DNA of 63,505 nt, from the IMG/VR virus record IMGVR_UViG_3300036791_000918, positions 1 to 63,505 of that record; one strand, given 5' to 3'. Shown here in pieces: positions 57,081-63,505 of this stretch. Position numbers and translations under genes: made by a program. The DNA comes from a virus (lineage: Duplodnaviria > Caudoviricetes). The stretch's first letter is position 1. The number at the start of each line of letters is the position of its first letter. The notes below the pieces were generated by a model. It did no database searches. It was given only the letters and a program-made list of their open reading frames with translations, and was not told where the DNA came from.

Positions 57081-57099
57081 GTGTTACATGATGTAACAC
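57081..57099. promoter_or_regulatory. 19-bp palindrome GTGTTACA-TGA-TGTAACAC (copy 10)
   Basis: Abuts the stop of 57100..57498, upstream of the SSB-like gene. Confidence 0.85.
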
Positions 57100-57498
57100 T
57101 TATTTACGCAGGACCTTGGCGATGTACTCTTTCACCACGGTGATCCCAGGAGGCAACGTTTCAGAGTTATCCTCCATGAACTTCGTAATGAAGGTTTTCT
57201 TGACACGACGTTCGAGCGCATCGAACGCATCGTTCTCGGCAATCCAGGCATAGAACGCATTCCAGTCTTCGCAGCTGGGCTTGACGTCAAGAGACCGATA
57301 TATCGTTCCGTGCTTTGTGCGAGCGCTCTCGACACCCAACGTCTGTAATGTTTCCAGGAAGAAGCTCTCAATGGTGTCGAGTTGATCCTTCAGCTTGAGG
57401 TCTTCGACCTCCCACTGTTTCTTCAACTCGCTTCGCTTGTCCCTGATCTTGACATAGGTCGCTGCGACCTTGTCGAGCTTCACCTCTTGTTCAGTCAT
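57100..57498 (-). CDS. replication-module protein with coiled coil, DW.AFY...LERRV...LPPGI
   Basis: AAAGGA RBS before MTEQEV. Confidence 0.7.
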   Translation of the reverse strand: MTEQEVKLDKVAATYVKIRDKRSELKKQWEVEDLKLKDQLDTIESFFLETLQTLGVESARTKHGTIYRSLDVKPSCEDWNAFYAWIAENDAFDALERRVKKTFITKFMEDNSETLPPGITVVKEYIAKVLRK

Positions 57499-57533
57499 CG
57501 GCTTTCCTTTCAGTAACACTTTGAGTTGGTCAG

Positions 57534-59087
57534 TCACTGGATAATCCTTTCGTAGAGTTTCAGGATACTGTCCTGGTTTGTTGCCCGGTTATCGAGCAGG
57601 TTGTAAATATCCTGCTCGAATGAGCAGGCCGAGATACGAACGACAGTCATCTTGCGGGTCTGCCCCGTGCGATTAAATCGTTCGATTACTTGCGCGTAAT
57701 CGTCATGACTATAGATCGGCGCATAAAAGATTGTGGTGTCGGCCTCCGTCAGGTTGAGTCCATGAGCCATGACCTTGGGGTGGCACAACAGCACGCGCGG
57801 GTCGGGTTCGGACTTGAATGCACGAATGATCCGATTGCGTGCTCCGATGCTAACATCGCCGTTGAGCACCGCAAGGCTAAAGTGTTTTGCCAACTCGGTC
57901 TCCAGCGCGCGAGTGATTCCCTTGAACGGAACGACGACAATCACCTTGGCCGAAGCCTCATTGATTGTGTCGATCAATTCGTTGAGCCGGGTCGAATGGT
58001 CAATAGTTTCGTAGCTGTCATCCCCGTTCTTCACTGCTCCACAGCATATCTGCCGGAGCTTGATGATTGCATCAGCGGCGTTGACTGCGGTGATCCTCGT
58101 AGTCTTGGCTTGCAGGATCATGTAATCACGCATGAGCTTGTATGATTTCTCCTGTTCCGCTGTGAGTTTCGTACGCCGGTTGGTGACAGTCAGCGACGGC
58201 AAGCTGATGCAGTCCTTCTTCTTGATGCGCCACGCCGGCTGCAACGCATCGAACACGATCTTCTCGTGGCCGTTCACCGGGCGCCACTTGTACTGACCCA
58301 CTTGCCGCATGGTCTGTCTCTGGAACGAGCCGAAGAACTTGGGCACTCGCTGTGGGCAAATGAGCCGGGCGAGCGCCCACGCATCGGTCGGCGCATTGGG
58401 ACACGGCGTGCCAGTCAACAGCCACACCCGCTTCTTGTGCTCGGTCGCCCATGCGAAATACTTGTACGAGATATTGCGGCTGTTCCTGAAGAAAGAAGCC
58501 TCGTCGAGGATGATGAGGTCGATGTCTTTCCGCTTGCGCACCAGCGTCGCGATCTCCTTGTGTGCGATCATGTCATGGTTGGCGATGTAGAAATCCACGT
58601 CCATGTTGAACGCATTGAGCCGGTAATCACGATCACCATGAGTGACCACGCTCGACCGGTGCATCAGCACGTCGAAGATGTCCTGCTGCCAAATGGTTTC
58701 CAATATCGAAAGCGGCGAAAGGATCAGCGCCTTGTGCACCTCGCCGATCGACATGAGATAGTCTGCACCCCACAGCGCAGAGAAGCTCTTGCCGACTCCC
58801 ATCTCTGAGAGGTTAAGACACTTGGCGTTGCGTACGTGGAAGTCCGTCATCGGTCGCTGATGTGCGAACGGCGTGAACTTGCCCGGCCAGTTGTATTGAT
58901 AGTCGACAGGCGACGGTACGTTGATCCCCAGCGCATTTAGCTGGAGCGTTGTCTCCAGCGTATGCTTGACCTGGACATTACCTTCGGGGGTGCTGATCAC
59001 CCGGCTGAGCCGGGGAAGTGCTATGAGCACACGCGACGGATCGCGTAGCTTGAGCACGACGCTCTTGGTTGGTTTGTGTATCAACAT
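57534..59087 (-). CDS. SNF2-like SF2 helicase
   Basis: EMGVGKS, ILDEAS, LTGTP, HGLNL, ERFNRTGQ. Confidence 0.92.
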   Translation of the reverse strand: MLIHKPTKSVVLKLRDPSRVLIALPRLSRVISTPEGNVQVKHTLETTLQLNALGINVPSPVDYQYNWPGKFTPFAHQRPMTDFHVRNAKCLNLSEMGVGKSFSALWGADYLMSIGEVHKALILSPLSILETIWQQDIFDVLMHRSSVVTHGDRDYRLNAFNMDVDFYIANHDMIAHKEIATLVRKRKDIDLIILDEASFFRNSRNISYKYFAWATEHKKRVWLLTGTPCPNAPTDAWALARLICPQRVPKFFGSFQRQTMRQVGQYKWRPVNGHEKIVFDALQPAWRIKKKDCISLPSLTVTNRRTKLTAEQEKSYKLMRDYMILQAKTTRITAVNAADAIIKLRQICCGAVKNGDDSYETIDHSTRLNELIDTINEASAKVIVVVPFKGITRALETELAKHFSLAVLNGDVSIGARNRIIRAFKSEPDPRVLLCHPKVMAHGLNLTEADTTIFYAPIYSHDDYAQVIERFNRTGQTRKMTVVRISACSFEQDIYNLLDNRATNQDSILKLYERIIQ

Positions 59088-59109
59088 GTTCAGTCACTTT
59101 CTATTTATA

Positions 59110-59138
59110 AGTGTATCAGGTTATTGGGTATTTGTCAA
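59110..59138 (-). promoter_or_regulatory. sigma70-type promoter TTGACA-17nt-TACACT upstream of the helicase
   Basis: Consensus -35, 17-nt spacer. Confidence 0.7.
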
Positions 59139-59512
59139 GCTTTCTCAAGTAGTTGTTCTCTCCATTTCATAAGAGATTGGAAACTAACTGACGAATAATC
59201 ATGAGGGTGCTTGGTACCAAGCACGATACGCAGCATGTCGATATTGGTCTCGTCTACCAAGAATGCGTAGTGCCCCGCCTCGTGAATGTCGGTAAGGAAT
59301 TTATGTTGAAGCGCAGTCGGCACGTCGCGGTACTTGGTCTCGATCGCCATGAACAGCTTGATCCGCTTCACAGCAAGAAAGTCGCTCACGCCGTTGCGGC
59401 CATAGATGTCGGCACTCGGCATCCACCATGTCCATCCAGTGTCGTCAAGGATTCGTTTGACCTGCTGCTTGATGAACCATTCGGTTCGATTGCTAGGTGT
59501 TGGTTTTCTCAT
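59135..59512 (-). CDS. VRR-NUC nuclease (Holliday junction resolvase-like)
   Basis: E..IK..V, GVSDFL, AIETK, PTALQ; start MRKPT. Confidence 0.82.
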   Translation of the reverse strand: MRKPTPSNRTEWFIKQQVKRILDDTGWTWWMPSADIYGRNGVSDFLAVKRIKLFMAIETKYRDVPTALQHKFLTDIHEAGHYAFLVDETNIDMLRIVLGTKHPHDYSSVSFQSLMKWREQLLEKA

Positions 59513-59513
59513 T

Positions 59514-59933
59514 TCACCACTCCAGGTAACCGTCTTCTTCTTCCACGAAGCGCTCGCGTCGCTGCTGCTCGAAAGCTTCGTCCCTTGCCGCGATCTCGCG
59601 TCGCTCCTCCTCATCCGAGACTCGGCCTCGACTGCGCACCCTGCGTAGCTCGAAGAAGCCGTCGAACCTAGGATGCTCATGGATCAGCAAGCGAGCATAG
59701 ATCGGTACGAAGTCGTCGTTGATCTTGAAGAGATTGCCCTTGGTTTTGAGGTCATAGTGCCAACGCATGACCTCTACGATTGTGCGGGCACCGTAACGTT
59801 GTCGCCCAACGGCCCGCATCTCATCGGCGAGCCGCATAAAATGCGCGTAGACATGCGGGTTCTGTAGATGAAATGCCTTGAACCGCGCCACGACATCTGA
59901 CGGATAGTCCTGATACGGATCGAGTATTGTCAT
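59514..59933 (-). CDS. phage hypothetical protein (F.AFH.QNP.VY..F; KINDDF...YAR...FFELR)
   Basis: GGAG RBS, ATGA coupling. Confidence 0.7.
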   Translation of the reverse strand: MTILDPYQDYPSDVVARFKAFHLQNPHVYAHFMRLADEMRAVGRQRYGARTIVEVMRWHYDLKTKGNLFKINDDFVPIYARLLIHEHPRFDGFFELRRVRSRGRVSDEEERREIAARDEAFEQQRRERFVEEEDGYLEW

Positions 59934-60607
59934 CGTTTTGGTCTCCAGTGTTTGCAGCCAATGACAGGACACCAACCCAGGCAGAGTCCGGACGGGCGCA
60001 TCTGCCAGGTGTCCGAACGGAATGCTTCACGATACTGGCGTAGGTCGCCGACCAGCTCGTTCCATAGTCCCGGTACATCGGCACGAGTCCACGTTTTGTG
60101 GGTCGTCGTACAGTTCTTGGTCCAGTAGAACTCGACCTTGATCTCATCGACATAACCAAACTCCTGAAATACCCACAACGCATAGATGACCAGCTGGTTG
60201 AATTTCGTGTGCGGCTTACCAGTCTTGTAGTCCACGATGTGTGCGTAACGCTCTCTTGCATCGACACACAGGTAGTCGATGATCATGCGACACCACACGT
60301 TCTTGTCGCCCCACTCGCAGGTCTCCAGAGTCTTTGCCAGCGCAACTTTATGCTCGACGAAGATGTTCCCGTTCTGACGAACGTCCAGCGTGACCATGAA
60401 CGGTTCATGTGCCATGAGAGCGGGCGGCAACTTGATATGCTTCGGCGATTGCCGCGCAGCAAACGCTTCATGCACACGCTCGCCGTAGACTTGCTCTATG
60501 GACCTTTCCTCATCTGGCAAGTCCTTGAGCACATAGCGATGGTGATACTGCTCCGGGCAATTCCTGAACGTATCGAGTGCACTCGGTGACCATGGAAGTG
60601 GTTTCAT
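59930..60607 (-). CDS. PD-(D/E)XK Cas4-like exonuclease
   Basis: WSPS...CP, GERVH, IIDY, IVDYKTGK, QL..YA, C..CP..C. Confidence 0.88.
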   Translation of the reverse strand: MKPLPWSPSALDTFRNCPEQYHHRYVLKDLPDEERSIEQVYGERVHEAFAARQSPKHIKLPPALMAHEPFMVTLDVRQNGNIFVEHKVALAKTLETCEWGDKNVWCRMIIDYLCVDARERYAHIVDYKTGKPHTKFNQLVIYALWVFQEFGYVDEIKVEFYWTKNCTTTHKTWTRADVPGLWNELVGDLRQYREAFRSDTWQMRPSGLCLGWCPVIGCKHWRPKR

Positions 60608-60609
60608 TT

Positions 60610-61173
60610 TCAGTCATCCCTATGCAACCAGTCGAACTCATGCTTCCCCACATATCCACGCTCGAACACCAGCCAACAGAAATCTTGCTTGCCGCCACCC
60701 GGCTTATTCCCAGCCACGATCCATGAGCCCGGCGGCATCGACGGTCGTGGTGTGAGAAACCAAACGCGGCGCAGCGGTAGGGCCTTGAGCCAGTGCGCCG
60801 CATTGAGCCGCCGTGTTAGGAAGATCATTGCTACCTTGTCGGCACCTCGTGCTAGTGCGTGCTCACAGAACTCCTGCACATGATCGAACGGTGGGTTGCA
60901 CACAATGCTGCCGTCGATGCGACCGTTCTATTTCAGGAAGTCTCGTTGCTTGCAAGACAGGCCGAAGCGATTCCCTCGATCTACGATGTCGCCTCCACGT
61001 ACCGTGTAGCCCGCGGCACATGCCACTCCTAAGATAGTCGCCCACCCACAAGCCGGATCGTAAATCGTCCCCTTGAATTTCTCGACCTCGAACAGCCGGC
61101 GCGAGCACCACTCAGGCTCCACGTAGTGCCCGTGCTTTTCCTTCTCGAAGATGTGCGAGTCACGACGTTTCAT
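60610..61173 (-). pseudogene. amino-type DNA methyltransferase interrupted by an in-frame TAG at 60928..60930
   Basis: DPACG (motif I) upstream and NPPF (motif IV) downstream, same frame: DFLK*NGRIDGSIVCNPPF. Confidence 0.8.
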
Positions 61174-61730
61174 GTGAGCTTGATCCCCAGCTTGCGCACG
61201 ATCTGGTTGGCGCGGATCGCCTGGTTCTCGGCGTCAGCCAGCGCCGTGTGCAGTGTACCCAGATAGTGACCCTCTTCGAGAGTCAGCATAGAGCGCAGGG
61301 TGCGGAAGCACCGGTCATGCCGGAAGCTCCAAGGCACCTCGCGCGAATTACTCTCGTAGGCTTGACGCAGCAGCACGTTGTCAAAGCCGACGCCATTGCC
61401 CCACATACGTACATCGGTGCATTGACCGCTGTCGGAGTGCGATCGCAGCCAATCACTGAAGCCATCCAGTGCTACGTGCAACGACACCTTGGATTTACCC
61501 CACCAGACCTTCCGCGCTTCATCACGATCGCTGTCCATCCACCACATCAGGGTGTCGGCATCGACACGCAGCCCCGCATTGGTTGGCATGATCGCAACCT
61601 CGAACCGATCCGTGATGATATCCTTTTGCTCCGCAGCGTACGGGTCGAACTCAACCGCCCCGATCATGATGATGGTTGAATAGGGAGATGTTCCCCAGGT
61701 TTCCAAATCAAGCATTACATGATGCAGCAT
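61170..61730 (-). CDS. DEDDh 3'-5' exo(ribo)nuclease
   Basis: MLDLET, WGNG..FD, RCFRT, HTALADA. Confidence 0.88.
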   Translation of the reverse strand: MLHHVMLDLETWGTSPYSTIIMIGAVEFDPYAAEQKDIITDRFEVAIMPTNAGLRVDADTLMWWMDSDRDEARKVWWGKSKVSLHVALDGFSDWLRSHSDSGQCTDVRMWGNGVGFDNVLLRQAYESNSREVPWSFRHDRCFRTLRSMLTLEEGHYLGTLHTALADAENQAIRANQIVRKLGIKLT

Positions 61731-61731
61731 T

Positions 61732-61977
61732 TTATTTTCCCTTGTTGATGCAGTGAAGGTAGAAGCCAACGCGAATAGCCGTTGTTACGTCGTAGATCGT
61801 AGATTCGAGGTTGTCGGGGTCACCAACTTTTCTCCCCAGCAAGATGCCGACCGCGGCGGTGACCACACCAATGGTCGTGTTCTGTGTTCTTATGGCGCGA
61901 TCGAGGAATTCAACCATGCGAGCAATCTTCGGGTCGAGCCCCGTGTCCCGCCCGTTAGCCTTACCTGTTTCGTGCAT
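61732..61977 (-). CDS. hypothetical protein
   Basis: ORF; start uncertain. Confidence 0.5.
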   Translation of the reverse strand: MHETGKANGRDTGLDPKIARMVEFLDRAIRTQNTTIGVVTAAVGILLGRKVGDPDNLESTIYDVTTAIRVGFYLHCINKGK

Positions 61978-61990
61978 CTCTTTCAGGTAG

Positions 61991-62191
61991 TCAGGATTCG
62001 GTAGCGTCACCATTTTGCTGCCCGTCTTTTTGAATGTATTCATAACCAAGTTCCTTAAGCTTGGACTTGTCGTACGGCTCCTCGAACACTCCGCCAGTCT
62101 CGCCGCGGAGTGTTAATAGATTCTTCTCTCGATCGATTCTGACGATCTCGAACTTGCGCTTGGTCCTGGTGTTGATCAGGTAGTTGGTCAT
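61991..62191 (-). CDS. hypothetical protein
   Basis: ATGA-coupled to the pol stop. Confidence 0.65.
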   Translation of the reverse strand: MTNYLINTRTKRKFEIVRIDREKNLLTLRGETGGVFEEPYDKSKLKELGYEYIQKDGQQNGDATES

Positions 62192-63505
62192 CGGTTGTAC
62201 CCCCGGTTCAAACTTCCGCGCTTAAACTCGAACGGCTTCAGATCGCCCCACGACGGGCCGACCTTGCAGTCCCACGGCATTGGGATAGGCGGCTTGAACC
62301 CCCACGTAGCTTCGTACGGAAGAGTGTCGAGAATGTCCTTGATGGTGTACGCGGCTTCCTCCACCTTCGGTATGGGCACGTAGAAATACAAACCATCGTG
62401 CAGGTCCCACGCGAACCTCGCGCCGATCTCGTTGACGTACTCACGCACGCAGCGCAGGGCGAGATACTTTTGCTCGGCGCCCGTCCCTTGGATGCGATAG
62501 TTGATTGCTGTGCCTTCCATCTGCCAAGCCATGTCGCCACCCCACTGACCGATGACGCGAACGCGCCGGCCCGGGATAGTCTCCACGTATCCCTTGGCTT
62601 GAGCCGATTGGATTTGCACAGCCCAGTATCTCTGGATACCTGGATACGTGCTCAGGTAGACTCTCTGAATGCGTTGCGCTTCCTCATCCGACAGCACGAT
62701 GCCGTAGTCGACATCGGCGATCTGTTTAAGTTTCTTCCAACCCACACGATACTGGGACGATAGGTTAACCACCTTGCCACACTGACGCGCATTCGCTTCG
62801 GGCGAACCTGCAGTCTTGGCGTTCTTCATAATCCCTTGGTAGGTAAGTGTCCGGTCGATCCGCGAGCCCATGTAGGCATGCGGGTCCTGGCCCGGCTCAC
62901 ATAGCTTAAGCATGGTCGTGTCATTCGAGGCGATCGCCATCCAGCGATACTCCTGGCCGGCAGCGTCGAACTCCATGAGCGTGAACCCGGGCGGCGCTAC
63001 GATAATCCTGCGAAAGAGAGGATCACGCTTCATCTGGTGCAGGGCGAAGCCTGTCTGCCGTTCGCCCTTGCCCTTACCTTGCTTGGAGGAGAACGTCATG
63101 CGTCCGCTGTAGGTCCCGAACACCCGGGCCTGTGGATGCGCACGCTGGTCCCCGTTGTAGGTGCACGCCGTGAGCGGCGCCACGGCGAACTTGGTATTGT
63201 TGTTCAACGCTTCACGGTACGCCCTGATCTCTCGAACACGCGGGTCACGGAGCGCCAGCTTGTGCAGAACCGCTTTGCTGGTCGAGCGCGCACCAGTGGC
63301 AGTGAACTCCAGCACAGGTAGCTTCCACTGGTCATAGAGAACCTGACCAAGTTGCTTCGGCGAACGTACGATCTTCTCGGTGATGCCGTGAGGCGCCAAG
63401 CTCGTCAGCATGAAGGCAGCCGTCTGCTTGAGATTGGCACTCAGAGAACTAGCCTCAATGGTGTCAACCATCATCCCGTCCAAGTTGGCGCGCGCGACCA
63501 TCTTG
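62188..63505 (-). CDS. Family A DNA polymerase, polymerase domain
   Basis: GTYSGRMT, motif A EFDAAGQEYR, motif B RQCGKVVNLSSQY, NYRIQGTGA, motif C LHDG. Confidence 0.92.
   Translation of the reverse strand, partial: KMVARANLDGMMVDTIEASSLSANLKQTAAFMLTSLAPHGITEKIVRSPKQLGQVLYDQWKLPVLEFTATGARSTSKAVLHKLALRDPRVREIRAYREALNNNTKFAVAPLTACTYNGDQRAHPQARVFGTYSGRMTFSSKQGKGKGERQTGFALHQMKRDPLFRRIIVAPPGFTLMEFDAAGQEYRWMAIASNDTTMLKLCEPGQDPHAYMGSRIDRTLTYQGIMKNAKTAGSPEANARQCGKVVNLSSQYRVGWKKLKQIADVDYGIVLSDEEAQRIQRVYLSTYPGIQRYWAVQIQSAQAKGYVETIPGRRVRVIGQWGGDMAWQMEGTAINYRIQGTGAEQKYLALRCVREYVNEIGARFAWDLHDGLYFYVPIPKVEEAAYTIKDILDTLPYEATWGFKPPIPMPWDCKVGPSWGDLKPFEFKRGSLNRGYNR
63379..63505. repeat. 127-nt terminal direct repeat (copy 2)
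   Basis: Identical to 1..127. Confidence 0.95.

Noticed and set aside
59930-60607. Cas4 of a CRISPR system
   Set aside because: Stand-alone PD-(D/E)XK nuclease in a standard replication module
60928-60930. Genome-wide TAG reassignment
   Set aside because: TAG ends several genes right before the next RBS/start (e.g. 25597, 48229, 50437), and other conserved genes are not fragmented
63379-63505. Biological direct terminal repeat
   Set aside because: Exactly 127 nt (a common assembler k-mer) and in the middle of the polymerase gene, so it indicates circular assembly only
62188-63505. DpoZ / 2-aminoadenine genome
   Set aside because: No PurZ, DatZ or MazZ-like ORF recognised, and the motif B Tyr is retained

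Overview
The window is an apparently complete, circularly permuted dsDNA phage genome of about 63,378 bp. The first and last 127 nt are identical, which looks like an assembly overlap, and the family-A DNA polymerase gene runs in frame across that junction. A minus-strand early/replication arm (52773-63505 continuing into 1-16670) encodes an AEP primase-DUF927-like helicase, an SSB-like protein, a SNF2 helicase, a VRR-NUC nuclease, a PD-(D/E)XK nuclease, an amber-interrupted adenine MTase, a DEDD exonuclease, PolA, an AAA ATPase with a HExxH/vWA partner, an RHH protein, a HAD phosphatase, an Acb2/Tad1-like putative nucleotide sponge and an amidase. A plus-strand virion arm (17045-52776) encodes TerS, a collagen fibre, TerL, portal, scaffold, an N4-gp56-type capsid, large ejection-type proteins and tail parts. 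No clear tape measure or sheath gene is present, so the virion is probably podovirus-like. An alphaproteobacterial host is inferred. I could not recognise an integrase, repressor, parA/parB, tRNA or CRISPR array. The most striking signals are non-coding. (1) Two near-canonical bacterial chromosomal parS sites (core GTTTCACGTGAAAC) bracket an origin-like control region in a genome without ParB. (2) Ten copies of a 19-bp palindrome GTGTTACA-N3-TGTAACAC lie at gene boundaries, only in the early arm. (3) Two long inverted repeats, a two-unit GC-rich tandem array and twin terminators lie at 15.0-16.0 kb. All family assignments come from motif recognition by eye, not database searches.
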